From Eukaryota sp. GEM-RC1 (Eukaryota): 64,000 bases of DNA. The stretch lies in contig JAUFOQ010000003.1 of NCBI GenBank assembly GCA_040285855.1, positions 2,294,001 to 2,358,000 on the forward strand, read 5' to 3'. Made by a program: the position numbers and the translations under genes. Below are positions 20,971 to 33,582 of this stretch, piece by piece (position 1 is the stretch's first letter; every line of letters starts with the position of its first letter). Under the pieces are notes generated by a model. The model was not told the origin of the DNA. It was given only the letters and a program-made list of their open reading frames with translations, and did not search any database.

Positions 20971-22106
20971 CTAACGAGCAACTAACGTGACAACATCCTC
21001 ATCTTCTAGAACATGACTCAGACCGACTCGTTGTCCTGTTTCATGTTTAGCAGAGGCACCATAGACTATGGCATACTTAAATCTAGCCTCCATTGTCGAG
21101 TGAATATACCTACACATATTCCTGATAGTTCCACCTTTTCTTAAAACTACGGGATCGGTAAAGTCAGGTGGCGATCCCTTTGGTTTAGTATAGACTCTTA
21201 CAATGTCAAGGTGTTCCCAGATTGTTTTTAACAGCATGTCCATGTTCAGATTGTGCAGGCAAGAAATAGGAACATAGTGTGGCAGTCTAGCTAGTCTATC
21301 AATTTCCTCCATAACAATGTTATCTATTTTGTTGTAAGCTACAACACACGGCATATAGACCCTGTTCTTTGACAGAACATCAATTAAAGCATCTACACCG
21401 AGATCTTCACGGTACAGGACTTCAGCATTGTTGATCTTGAAATCATGTAGGACTGTTGTAACTGTCTTGAGATCTATCTTTGAAAGAGTCAGTGAACTCG
21501 ACAACTTGATTCCTCCTGTTTTAGTAATACGAACGTTAACATCCGGTGGCCTTTGGTTTAGTCTAATACCAATATCGCTAACTTCTTTGGTCAGAAGACC
21601 AACTTCTAGTTCAGCTTTATCAGCATCCGCCATGATTAGACACAAGTCTGCACTTCTAATGACACTAAGAACTTCTCGACCTCGTCCTTTACCACTGGCT
21701 GCTCCTTCAATAATACCGGGAAGATCAAGAAGTTGAATCTGGACGTCGTTGTATCGAAGATTACCAGGAATACAATCAAGAGTACAGAAATCAATGGCAG
21801 ATACGTCAGATTTAGTATCTGTCAGAAGTCCGAGAAGTGATGATTTACCTGAGATAAGACTGTTAAGGAAGAGGAACTAACCAACAGAAGGAAAACCGAG
21901 GAGAGCTACACGAACATCTCCAGATTTTTCTACTGCAAACCCCGTACCAACCCCTTTAGCAGAAGACTTTGCATGATCTTCTATAAGTTGAGATCGAAGT
22001 TGAGCAAGACGAGCTTTTAGTCGACAGAGATGACTTTCAGTGGCTTTGTTTCGCTGTGTGCGAGACATCTCCTTTCGATTTCAGCAATACGTTCAGCAAT
22101 ACCCAT
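20971..22106 (-). CDS. DRG2: Developmentally regulated GTP-binding protein (DRG2/Rbg2-like, OBG family with TGS domain)
   Basis: [70 protein letters not shown]; intron 21849-21881; one frameshift near 22073. Confidence 0.9.
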
Positions 22107-22213
22107 GTAGAAAGAGGAGTAAAGTTAAGTTGTGAGGTTGATATAGTGACTAGGAAAATTGCCAGAACTTTGAAAGGACCACCTGGACTCAACAACACCA
22201 TCCACATCAACCA

Positions 22214-24535
22214 ATGTCCACCGCTATCTTGTCCATTTTTTGGAGTCTTGTTTCTAATGATGAACAGAAGCAATGCTCAGCTGCACTTGAATTAGTTTCT
22301 CTATTGCAAACTGAGAGATGTGACTTCTCTGCTGTTCCACCGTATCATGAATCTATGGATGCTTTACAATACCTAAATACTCATTTTGATTCTGACCTTA
22401 CATATTGTCTTAAACGAATTGTATGACATCCTAACATCTCACCCTAGCTACGTGGCATCTCGTGCACTTCCCAAGTTAAATCAGGCTTTCTCCTAGCTTT
22501 TATTGGCCTTCTTTCGTCATTCCCCATTCTTACACCTCGCTTCATTCTCTCTGTTTGTGATAGTCTTAATCGAGAAGCAGGAAACAGTCCTTCCTGCAGA
22601 GAATCCCTCTTATCTCGTCTGTTTGTTCTTGTTGCTGTCATACGGTCTGGTTCTTACCCTTCCTCGGACGTTCCTTTTCTGCTATCCTCTTTACAACATC
22701 TCTCTTCATCTAACCCTGCGTTAAAACAACCCGTCAACGAGGCAATCAATGAGCTTTTTCGAACTTCAAAGGCAGCTCTATCACTTTTGATTGAACCTAT
22801 ACGATCAGGTGACGTGTCGTCAGTCAATCCTGCTGTAGTAAAGCTCTTCAACACAACTGAGGCTTCTAAACTGTTGAACAACATCTACATTAGACTCTTG
22901 GGAGTGTTTAATAGAATTATGTCTTCTTGTATCGCAGTCAATGATTTCTCTCTTATTTTGGACTGTTTCAGTGTCTTGTTTCCCTCTTCTTTCCCCAAAT
23001 ACCTTCCTTCATCGAAGTCCTCTCTCAGTGATAACGTTCCATTGGTATCTGCATTGTTGATGTTGTTTTATTTGGAATTAGAAGCATTGTACAGCTCGAC
23101 TGTCAATGACGATTACTTCAATCAACCTCTTCTCGATGATTGTCGTGTGGCAGCCGGTTTGATTGTGGAAAGTACCGAGCCTGAGTCTATTTCTGAGGCT
23201 TGCTCTGTGATTTGTTCCTGTACGCTTCAGTTAGCCTCTTCTGGTGTTAAAGGTTTTGGAAAGTCTGTCATCATTTCCCTTTGGAAGATGTTATCAGAAG
23301 CAGGAATGATTTCTCAATCAATTATTGATGAAATTGTCGACGTGTTGATGAACTTTGTTGATTTTGGAACTGTAGAAGGTCCTCTTGAAGAAGAAGAAGA
23401 CGTTGAAGAGGAAGAAGAAGAGGATGAAGATAGTGAAGAAGAAAAGGAAATTGTTTATGTGGAGAGTGGATCTGAAGAAGAGGAAGGTAGTGATGTTTCT
23501 GATGATGATTTGATTGAGGATGTCGATCTATCACAATTGGCAGGTGATGAAGCTGATTGTCCCTCAGTCAATCAAGATGACGTCGCTGATGAAGAAGTCG
23601 ATGATGACGTTATGCTTGACGAAGCTTCTTCACAAGAGTTGGAAATGTATGATGTACACTTAGCCAGGATTTTCAAGGCTAAGAAGGAAGCACTGGACCA
23701 AGGAAACAACGAGAAAAAGAAGAGGAACGCGGAGTTGCAGTTTTTGATAATTGTCGTTGAATTAATTGAGACTGTTTGTGATTTGACTCAAATTTTCTTT
23801 GTTCTGCCATCACTTTTAAAATTACACATCAAAATATCCAAGAAACTCATCAGAAGAACACACGTGTTTGAAAAACAGCTGCTAACCGTACTTCAGAGAT
23901 GTATTGAACATTTCGGAGAAAAGCTGACTTCAAAGGAATTCTCAGGTGATGACGTGATTCCAATGAGTAAAGGATTACTCTCTTTAGTTTCCTCAATGTT
24001 TTCTTTAATCAGATCACCTTCTTCAGCTCAACTTGTACTTCTTTTAGCCAGTTATTTAATTAAGTCTCTCTCTAGAGTACAAGACAATCAGTATAACGAA
24101 TTCATTTTGGAAAAGATGTCTGATGCGATCTCAATGATTGTGTCCAAGACAAACTCTTTCTTCACATTCCCACCCCTTAAGAAATTAATGGAGAAGAATC
24201 CCGTGTTTGCTGGAGATATAGGAAACTTGTTTCTTACTCAGTTACTAGAAATCAAGAAACCTAGCCCTTATCTTTGTTCCTCCCTATTCTATGTTCTGAG
24301 ACAGAGCTGTTCCCATCCAGAGTATGGAGAAAGCAATGCACTGGTACTGAAGCCTAAAGTACTTGAATTTATCACTATTTTTGGTGATCACACAGCGCTG
24401 TTTGCATCACGTCATCAACATAGTATTGTTCGATTCGTGACACCGTTATTACAATCTGCTCACGTAACTGTGGAAGAAGTTGAGGCTATTGGTACTAGTG
24501 GTGCTTTGTTAGTGAAGAGTGGATTATCTTCGTAG
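22214..24535 (+). CDS. Pol5/MYBBP1A-like nucleolar protein
   Basis: YCLKRI|LRGI...SGF N-terminal motif across intron 22421-22447; acidic tract followed by MYDVHLARIFK; helical ARM-like body; frameshift before 22787. Confidence 0.55.
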
Positions 24536-24934
24536 TTTAGTCGCTTTAGTTTTAGTTTAGTCTCTGCTTTTTTTAAATACTATTTTATTATTATTGTTTT
24601 CGTTGCATAGTCTCTTTGAAAACGGTCAGTTTGATCTGGGACGACGTTTACGATAATTGCGACTTTTATAAGGAATCAACTATCGATATTATTCATGTAG
24701 AGATCACATGAATTTTACATGTAGCCTGACAATTTTTGTTCAACTTCAGACTGATCATATCGACTTGTTTCAAAAGACTTAAACGTCATTAGCAACAACA
24801 ACAAGAAGTGATGATTTCTATTCATTTAGAAACTATTTTTGTTCTGATAAGGATGGTGTACGATTTGATAGTGACGGGTGTTATTTTAATGATATCGGAT
24901 TTTAGTTGTTTGGTCTACTACTTGTAGTATTACA

Positions 24935-24990
24935 TTAAACGGATTTATGTGCGGAGAACAACACACAACAAGAAAACAACAGTATTATAT
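24935..24990. repeat. Short dispersed repeat (also at ~55845/56447-56475 and inverted at ~63530-63575)
   Basis: Shared GATTTATGTGCGGAGAA..ACAC.CAA.AAGAA.ACAACA motif. Confidence 0.5.
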
Positions 24991-25161
24991 TTATTAACGT
25001 TTATTAACCAGAACAACATTTGTTCTGGTTTTAAATATGAATAACAGATTGAAAAGTCTCGTGGTACATCGTGTGCGGTAAGCTCTCGCTAAACTATTCC
25101 AAGCCTAAAGTACATGAACTTTAACTGTTCCTCCTAAAATCCAGTTAAATTTCTGGTTCAA

Positions 25162-26033
25162 ATGAGCAATCTCATCCTCTTCTTCCTACTCGTCGCTCTT
25201 TGTTGGTGTAGCTCTATTTCATTCAGTCATCGCTATCTTGAAGTTGTTATTGAAGATCACAAACAACTCTCTTTCTTTGTTTCGGCTCCAAACTCTCCTG
25301 CGCATACACACTACTACTTAAATGCTCTCTATCTTACAGATTCACCATCCTCAATTAACGAATCCCTTGATCTAAGTACTTACGTATGGACCGCAACTCG
25401 CTTTAATCCTGATCCCATTGACGAAGTTACTTACAAATCCGTAGTTCATGGCAAAAGCTCATACATTAACTCCCCTGAACTTACATTCACAGTCTCTGCT
25501 CAGAATCTCCTTGCAAAACGATCAGTGCAAGTAGAAGGTACCTTTCACTTCCTGTATGTCACGTCATCCTTCCTAACTCAAGTTCTCCCCAGATTGACCT
25601 TGATCCTTACTTCGTCTTTGAACTAGTTGGTCACACTACTCACAAGAAGACTGGCAATCATATCAAATACAGAGAAGCTAAAAACGACCCCTCACAGAAG
25701 CTGGTTGACTTTGGTTATTCCAAGATTTCTTATTCAACTACAGGAACTAACGATATGGCTCTTACTATGAGCCAATCGAGGGAGAACCATTACATTTACT
25801 ATATGAAGTATATATTTACAATGAAGGACGAGCAGCCAAAAGTGGTTCAGAACTGGCATATCACTCCTGAAGTGATGACGTCACCAACTTACATGAAGAA
25901 TATTGTGATTATCGTTGGAATCGTCTTTGTTATTGGAGCGTTAGTTGCAGTAATTGTGGTAAACAAAATGACTCCTCCTGTGAGGAATCAGATTAGTTTA
26001 GATTTAGAGGAATTGGATGTTCCTTTAGTGTAA
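25162..26033 (+). CDS. Type I membrane protein (signal peptide, single C-terminal TM)
   Basis: MSNLILFFLLVALCWC signal peptide; intron 25554-25582 (GTATGT...CTAAC..AAG) joins the two ORFs in frame; TM IVIIVGIVFVIGALVAVIVV. Confidence 0.75.
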
Positions 26034-26235
26034 TAAAATTTGTATTTATTTCAGAAACTTCCAACTTATGAATGAAGTCAAGTTCAAAAACTGGATTATT
26101 AAACTAATTGAATGTAGTAATTAAATTTACACAAATACTAAACCTGGCACAGTCTTGTCAATTAACTTGACAATTAACAAAGAATATAATACAAGAAAGG
26201 AACAAAATGTGATGAAAAATTTAAAAAAATTAAAT

Positions 26236-27285
26236 TTAAATCTTTAAGTTTGAAGAATTATTGACTAAATCAATTAATTCTGATGAAACAACTCTACAAC
26301 AATTATGTACAAACAGTCTGGTAGACGAAGACGAAAATGGCTTCAAGAATTCCACTAATTGAACTGAAGTAATTAAATTTTTAGATAAATCTAAATAATT
26401 TAAAACTGAGTTGAAGAACTGAAATCCAAAAAATCCATCAACAGTAAATCTATTCTGACAGACAATCAATTCTTTGAGGCGTGGCTGTTTACCTGATTTA
26501 AATGAATCAATCAGAATTGCCACGCCATCGTCATCAAGTCCAATATTTGAAATATTTAAATGAGAAATTTTTGATTGAAAAATAGAGGGAAATAATATTG
26601 AAGCACAATCAGCAGATCCTAATGGATTTGATGAGATATCTAGAGAGGTCAGTCCAACAGCAAGGTTTCCAATGTGATCAAGAGATTTCTTAGTTAATCC
26701 GTTATCAGCTATAGACAAGTGTTTTACTTTGGAATCAATCAAAGCGGACGTGGCAAATGGCATCATATTATCACCAATAGAGTTGCCACATACATTGAGA
26801 TCAGTAACTGAAGAAGAAGAAAAGCAAAGAAAAGGAGAAAGTTCATGAGGAGACTTATAGTTTGGTTCCCCATCAAGTATTTGAGATTTGATGTTGTTGA
26901 GGGAAAGTAGGAGGATTGGTTGGAAGACTTGGTTTAGTTTGTTTCTTCCAATGTTTAACTTGGTCAAACGAGGGGCAGACTCTAGTAGAGAGGTTAGAGC
27001 CTTAAATCCGATAGATCCGAAACTGTTATCATAAAGATTCAAAGAGAAAAGATTAGGTGAATGTTTAAGAGCTTTGAGGATTGCAGATGTACTGGATGGT
27101 CCAAGGTGGAGGTTGCTAAGATCAATGTCTTGAGAGTCGGCATTTTTGATAAAACAAGAAACCGGTATAGTAGAATGGCATTCTTGTAGATACGAAGAAA
27201 GAACTTTGGAAGAATAAGGATGGGAACGGCCAGACTCACTGGTGTCAGAAGAGTCTTTGAGTTCGTTTAGTATTGAATCGATCAT
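26236..27285 (-). CDS. RNI-like leucine-rich repeat protein
   Basis: Repeated LxxLxLxxNxxG units (IDLSNLHLG, LNLYDNSFG, LNIGRNKL, LDISSNPLG). Confidence 0.85.
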   Translation of the reverse strand: MIDSILNELKDSSDTSESGRSHPYSSKVLSSYLQECHSTIPVSCFIKNADSQDIDLSNLHLGPSSTSAILKALKHSPNLFSLNLYDNSFGSIGFKALTSLLESAPRLTKLNIGRNKLNQVFQPILLLSLNNIKSQILDGEPNYKSPHELSPFLCFSSSSVTDLNVCGNSIGDNMMPFATSALIDSKVKHLSIADNGLTKKSLDHIGNLAVGLTSLDISSNPLGSADCASILFPSIFQSKISHLNISNIGLDDDGVAILIDSFKSGKQPRLKELIVCQNRFTVDGFFGFQFFNSVLNYLDLSKNLITSVQLVEFLKPFSSSSTRLFVHNCCRVVSSELIDLVNNSSNLKI

Positions 27286-27889
27286 GTGAACCGGAAATTT
27301 GACTTATCGATATTGTAGACTCTGGGTAAATGCACCTAGACCACATTATGCACCACATGTTCTATTTGCTTTGTAAAATGTACCACATTCAAAATGCACC
27401 ACATCAGTAAAACCACACCACACATCACCAGTACAACAATAGGCACCCTGATCAACACTTGTGTTGAACATTACACAATTGTGGATCACTTAAGATCCTT
27501 GGATGTTAATGTAATGTAATTTACAGATTTCTGGTTTATGTGCAATTTTACAAGACATGAGTAGTGACTTAGCATCTCAGGGTCTAGGAATTAGAACCAG
27601 TTATTTGTCATAGTCGTTATTTGCTACGTGAATTTGTAGCTTTCTGAATTCTCTGAATTCATATGATGGGTAAAGTGTTTTTGCTGTGTGGTCAATATTT
27701 TAACTGAATTTACAGCTACATGTAGACTACAGTACCTAGTAGCGGAAAGCACCTTACAACATTCTATCACAACGCAATACATTTTACCAACCAAAGCGAT
27801 ATTGAAAATGATGTACATTACATTGTTTTCGAAAATCGTTTTAGTGTTACTAAAAATAATAGTCCCGTTTTTGCTGCTTTTAATTCTAG

Positions 27890-28140
27890 TTGAGGCGACT
27901 TACATGGTCCTTTAATTGATTCCAGTCAAATTATCATTGATATTACAATAGTAGATTCATCTGCTCAAACTTATGTTAACAGCTTAACTTCAAAAGGTTT
28001 CAACCACCTAAAAACAGCTGAAAATCGTAACATTGATTTGTATTCCAAAGATGTTGCTAAATTCAATCAAAATTCGTCTTCGAAATGTGTATTTGTTTCA
28101 TTTGCTATATCTATTTTCGGTCGTATTAAAGTATTAAGTA
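27890..28140 (+). pseudogene. Non-LTR retrotransposon RLE-domain remnant
   Basis: Translates GDLHGPLIDSSQIIIDITIVDSS, similar to RGDLIAPFLDSSQIVVDFTTVDP at 57.8 kb. Confidence 0.55.
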
Positions 28141-28387
28141 TCAAGATAATATCTATGGAAAACAAGCAGAACTCACTCCTGAGGGGCTGAGAAAAGACGG
28201 TAACTATCACAGCGGGAAAAAAAATATTCTTGTAGTTTTGTATTACTCTAAAATATGAGTGTGTCTTAGAAAAACATAGTATCTTCAGATAATGCCGATT
28301 GATATGCTGATATAACCACACAGCAAGAAACAAAATACCATATGTATATCCATGAAAAGTATTAACTGTACTGTTGTGTATTAAAAT

Positions 28388-29064
28388 CATACCTGGAAAA
28401 TACAAGGGCTGAACAAAATACAAATACAAAAATACAGATACAGATTAAAATACAAAAATACAAATTCAATGATGTTGTATTATCTGTATTTTTACATGTA
28501 GTAGTGTACATTGACAACAATGATGTCAAATGATCGCCTACATGTACATGCATTTAGATTCGTGTCTATAATTGTTTCCTATATACTTCCTTCTTACTTA
28601 GGTTAAACTATAATTCGTTCAGTAAATAGAGACTGATCAATTGTCTCTCACTCCTCGTCAGACTCAATTCTGCTGTTCTTTCTTGTTGGTCAGGTCGTGG
28701 CACGTATTTTGTGTCCTGTTTTTGGAGAAACACAATCAAAGAGCAATTTGTCCTCGACCTAATCCAGGAGACTGTAATTTGTTCATCTGTCTTTTGTTTG
28801 GTTGCTGATAAACTACGACAACTACTTCGTCTTGTATCTTGATTTGTATCATGTTTTAATGTACTTCTGAGCATCACATGAAGAAAAATTGGAGATAAGA
28901 GAACTACATGTACATCCAAAATAGGTACTTTACAGTTAAGTATGCTCAGAATCCTATTCCTAAAAAAATACAGTATTTTATTACTGAAAAATATAAAATA
29001 CAAATACACAAATACATTAAATACAGAAATACAGAAAATACAGGAATAGTATTTTCCAGATATG
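28388..29064. mobile_element. hAT-type MITE family B
   Basis: TIR CATACCTGGAAAATAC / GTATTTTCCAGATATG (1 mismatch); TSD ATTAAAAT/ATTAAAAG; AAATAC subterminal repeats. Confidence 0.7.
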
Positions 29065-29870
29065 ATTAAAAGTTTTAACACAATTAAAACTAACTGGCTC
29101 CGAATGTAAACATATCGATTCGTCTGTGTTGCTGCTCTTTTTGACTGAAAGGAGCTGGCTATCGTTCTTTGGTAACTCTGAAGGTGATAGTCAAACAAAA
29201 TAAAACAAACAATTGTGGGTTTATTGTACTGAATTTGATTTTCAATGAGACGTCTTTTGTCTATTTGTTAAATATAAAAATCGGAAAATCAGATTAACTC
29301 TATTAATTTAGTGTTCCACATACATTTCCTTTAACTTTTTGCGGAATCTTTTTTTAATCAGTATTCAAGGAGCTCAGGAACTCATTGAGTTTCGGTTTTG
29401 GTTCATATCCTGATGTCTCTGTTCAATGAACTAAAAATTTGATTAAAAAACTGATGTCATGTTCCACGGTTGGTTTCGAACTTAACAATTTTGAAAAAAT
29501 TAATTGAGTTCAAAAAGCAGTACATTCCTGTTTCTGTATAAAGTAAATGTATAGAGCCGTTGATTTCACTTTGACCACACTTTATTTAGCAATTACTGGT
29601 CTAAATAGAAAAATTTAAATAAATTTAAATAAATAGAAAAATTCGTTGTAATTCCATAGTTTGGTCCAGACCTTTAGAAGTTGTAATCCACATAAACATA
29701 TTTTTTGCGGTAGATTTATAAATTGCAATATATACTATTAAATCATTAGTCAATACAATATTTAAACTGGTCAAAAGCGTACAAATTCATTGGAATTTTA
29801 TTACAGCGAGCTAATTAATTGACTCAAGCTGAAGACCAGCATATTACTAAAATAAGAAAAAACATACCAA

Positions 29871-31129
29871 TTACTCTAATTGCCCTATTAACTGCTCCAC
29901 CTCACTTTTAAACTTTTTACATTCTTCCTCAGTCTTAAACTTAAGAAGATAACTAACCAAAACCGTCTCTGACTCTTCGTTCTTCTCTGGAATCGTAAAT
30001 CTAATAGCTTTTGGCGTGGGACAATCAAGAACTAGCTTTTTAAACACGGCTACATTCAACATCAGCTTATAAGAAATTTTGTTACGCATTACAAATCTTC
30101 CTCCAGGTCTATCAGTGAACTTGTTAAGTTTCAATGGCCCAGCCCCCTAGAAACCCAGCTTAGCTTTCCTGTATCCTTTTGCTTCTCCGTATCTTTGTCC
30201 TCTCCCGCATCTTTTTCCTTCTTAAGCACAAACAATGCTGAAGCAGCCTCCATGATATTCTCTTCATCTTCTTCTCCTGTCACTTCAGATTTCTCTTCCA
30301 ACTCAACAACTGGACCTTTATACTCAGGTTCAGGCGCCTCCTCCATTTTATCATCATCTTCGTCTTGTTCCGCAGCATTGGAGGAGCTAGTGAGAAAAGG
30401 ATTAGTACCAGCGTTACCAGATGCAGGGAATGCAAATGTGGTGGCACTGAATGGGTTAGAGACGGAGCTTGAGGATTCAGCAAAAGGGTTGGGAAATGAG
30501 GGGAATGAGCTAGCAAAAGGGTTTGAAGGCTTCTTTTCGGAAACAACTTCAGCTTCTTTATCACTTTCAGAGTCAGAATCATCCTCTGCCTCCATCTGAG
30601 ACGATCGTAGCCCATCAAATGGATTGGATGATGACTCTTTTGGAACTCCAAAAGAGAATAAGGAAGCCAGGGGCTGTTCACTCTTCTTTTCGGATACTGT
30701 TATCGTTGGTTCTTCTTTTTCCATGTTATCCTGCGTATCTGGTAGAGGCTCCGATGTGGGTTCAGGTGTGGGTTTAGGTGTAGGCTTCTTTTGGTTGTTT
30801 TCTTCTTCAAGAACTTTTTTTGCGAGATACACAAACTCACCATAGAAGGTATTATTTACATCAAACATTTTGGAAGGTTTTCCCAAAGGAGGAGTAAATG
30901 TAACACCATCGATGGTGAGAGACATATCTGCAGCTGGAAGTTCTTTGGGAACGCTGACATGTGGTGGTGTAGGTTTAGATTGAGGGGGTTTTTTGAGGGT
31001 GCGAATGCGTCGATTACTCAATGCATCATCAGAGAGAGGCACAAATCCAGTTGCCATTTCTTCGTGATGTTCCCCTGTTGCTGATATAGTTTCTCTTGAA
31101 GGAAGCGTTGTTGATGATCGTTTAGGCAT
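29871..31129 (-). CDS. Nup50/Nup2-like RanBP1-domain protein
   Basis: N-terminal MPKR...RRIRTLKK, NPF/FG-like repeats, VTGEEDEE..., WVSRGLG, RFVMR...LMLN; frameshift near 30140. Confidence 0.75.
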
Positions 31130-31162
31130 TGGAAGAAAATCTGAATCAAAAAATTCTCACAC

Positions 31163-31537
31163 ATGTCTTTTTCAGCTGAACAATTGGCAGCCATTCAGTC
31201 TCAAACATCTGCCCCAGATCCACAAAATCAGCAAAAGCAAGAACAACAACATCAAGCTGAGGAACAACGTAGACAATTACTCTCCGCTATTTTGGAACCA
31301 GATGCACGTGAACGGTTAAACAGAATCGCACTTGTCAAGCCTGAAAAGGCCCAGCAGTTGGAGAACATGATCTTACATTTAACACAAACCAACAAACATG
31401 TAGGTTCTTTCCCAGACTCAAAACTTGTACAGTTACTTGAACAATTGGATACCAAGACTCAGACTTCCATTCGAGTTAAACGCCGCACAGCTTTTGATGA
31501 AGACGATGATCTAGGAGATTTAGATGAGTTGCTGTGA
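31163..31537 (+). CDS. PDCD5: Programmed cell death protein 5 / dsDNA-binding protein
   Basis: ILEPDARERLNRIALVKPEKAQQLEN...RRTAFDEDDD. Confidence 0.92.
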   Translation: MSFSAEQLAAIQSQTSAPDPQNQQKQEQQHQAEEQRRQLLSAILEPDARERLNRIALVKPEKAQQLENMILHLTQTNKHVGSFPDSKLVQLLEQLDTKTQTSIRVKRRTAFDEDDDLGDLDELL

Positions 31538-31632
31538 TTCAATATTTAATACACTTTATATATATTTATATCAATGACTGCAAAAAGGTTTTATAACTGA
31601 CAAATACAATAAATTGAAAATCAACTGTCTGT

Positions 31633-31959
31633 TTATCCCATGAAATTGAAAGCGACTAGGAAAAGGAGAAGATGAGCGACAACAAATCCGACAAAAGCGG
31701 ATCCTGGGGTAATGGAGGGAAAGTCAAGAGAAGTAGAAGGATGGGTCTGTAACCTTAAGTTGATGGTTAAAACAGCCGATCCAAGACATGTGAATACGGC
31801 GGAAATGAAAGAATTGAAAGGGAATGTTCCAGCAATGAAGCCGTACGAAAAGATGACAGCAAGCAAGACAATATGGAACAAAATAAACATATCGATCAAC
31901 ACCACGCGTTGATCGTTCGATTGTTTGTACGATCGGATGAAAGCAGATGCTAGGGACAT
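31633..31959 (-). CDS. DAD1: Oligosaccharyltransferase subunit DAD1/Ost2
   Basis: LIDMF...GTFPFNSFISAVFTCLGSAVLTINLRLQ...AFVGFV...FNFMG. Confidence 0.92.
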   Translation of the reverse strand: MSLASAFIRSYKQSNDQRVVLIDMFILFHIVLLAVIFSYGFIAGTFPFNSFISAVFTCLGSAVLTINLRLQTHPSTSLDFPSITPGSAFVGFVVAHLLLFLVAFNFMG

Positions 31960-32008
31960 GTTGTCTTTGCTTGAGAAATTTCCAAAACTCAATCTCAACT
32001 CATTCATC

Positions 32009-33244
32009 ATGGACGTTCGTCAACGAAAACCTCAGGACCAACCACCATCAGCACCATCTCAAACTTCTGCTCCACAACTCTTGAGAGATAATAAGAGCAA
32101 ATGGACGAACTGGTTCATCCGCACAAAATCTGCTATTGTACTTGTACTCATTGTGGGCTCTTCTGTTGCTGCAGGCCATTTTGGATTAATTGCTCTAAAC
32201 TCTCTTATACAGGGTATATCTCTATATTAGCTCATTCTAGTCCTTCTCTTCCACGAGCTTACCAGACTCAGCGGCCATGCCACTGACGACACCAGAGACG
32301 AGCAGAACATTCTGCCCTTTTCCCAACTCTACAAATGGAGTTGGTTTGTTCTGACCTGGTACGCAATCACTGGATTAGTCATTTTCACGCGATTCTCATT
32401 CGACCAACATGTGGGAACTATCTTTTCCCTTCTCGTTCAATACCACACATTTGTCTGCTTCCTTGCTGCTTGCTTCCTCTTTGTCTACTTCATTGCTACC
32501 TTAGAGCCCCCGTATTGGCCTAAAATGAAGTCCCTCTTCTGGATCTTCATCACGCTTCTCATCATCTTCACCACCACAGGACCCATTCTAAACCCTCTTT
32601 TGGAAGGTGTTTTCTGGTTCATTTTCCCTACTATTATTGTTGCTATCAATGATACAGCAGCGTATATTTCTGGGTTTTTCTTTGGTAAACACAAGTTGTG
32701 CAATATTTCCCCTAAGAAAACAATTGAAGGATTTGTTGGTGCTTTATTTGTCACTGTAATTGTTTCATACTTTTTGGCGGGTCTTTTGTCTAATTACCAC
32801 TTCATGGTATGTCCTAAAGATGTTCTTTCCCTGAATCCTCGAGTCACGTGTTCAGTCGATCCTTTGTTTCTGGAAAAAAGTTACTTTGTTCCTTTACTTA
32901 ATAAGGAGTTTGTCACTAAGCCAATTCAATTACACGCTTTGTTTTTTGGACTTTTTGCTTCATCAATCGCTCCTTTTGGAGGTCTTTTTGCTTCTGCAAC
33001 AAAGAGGGCTTTGAAAATTAAAGATTTTTCAAATTTGATTCCTGGACATGGAGGTGTGGCTGATAGAGTTGACTGTCAGATCTTTATGCTGTTGTTTTCC
33101 ACTATTTGGTTTAATACTTTTGTCCGACCTTTTACTGTATCGCATCTAATGTATTATTCACAGTATTTACCTTTTGATCAACAACTTGCTCTTTTCAATG
33201 TTTTGAAAAAGAAGTTGGTGTCTGCTGGAATACCTGTTAATTAA
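32009..33244 (+). CDS. CDS1: Phosphatidate cytidylyltransferase (CDP-DAG synthase)
   Basis: NDTAAY..GFFFGK, ISPKKTIEGFVG, APFGGLFAS..KRALKIKDF..LIPGHGGVADRVDCQ; intron 32214-32240; a frameshift before 32411. Confidence 0.92.
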
Positions 33245-33582
33245 TTTTTTAAAAATAATTGAATAATATGTTAACTATCAAAATAAATGATGTCTTTTTG
33301 TAGGTTGGTGTGTGTACTTTGTTGGGATCAAGCGTCCAAATCGTGTCGATCTCATGTTAGTGTCTTGAATAATTGAAATTTCAAATATTACAACCTTGTA
33401 TGAAACAGCTCAAATATGACAATATTGTCAATGCTAGACATGGAAACCATATTGAGGACAGTGTAAAGAACTATTTGAATCTGGTCCAAACACCACCTTC
33501 CAGTTCAATTTGAAAATTCCTGATAGTAGAATAAATTATTTATAAGTACTAGTACTATAAAAGACAATCGCAGAGAACAACT

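Noticed and set aside
27325..27500. Cluster of CACCACA repeats as a possible transposon end
   Set aside because: No matching opposite TIR or TSD found.
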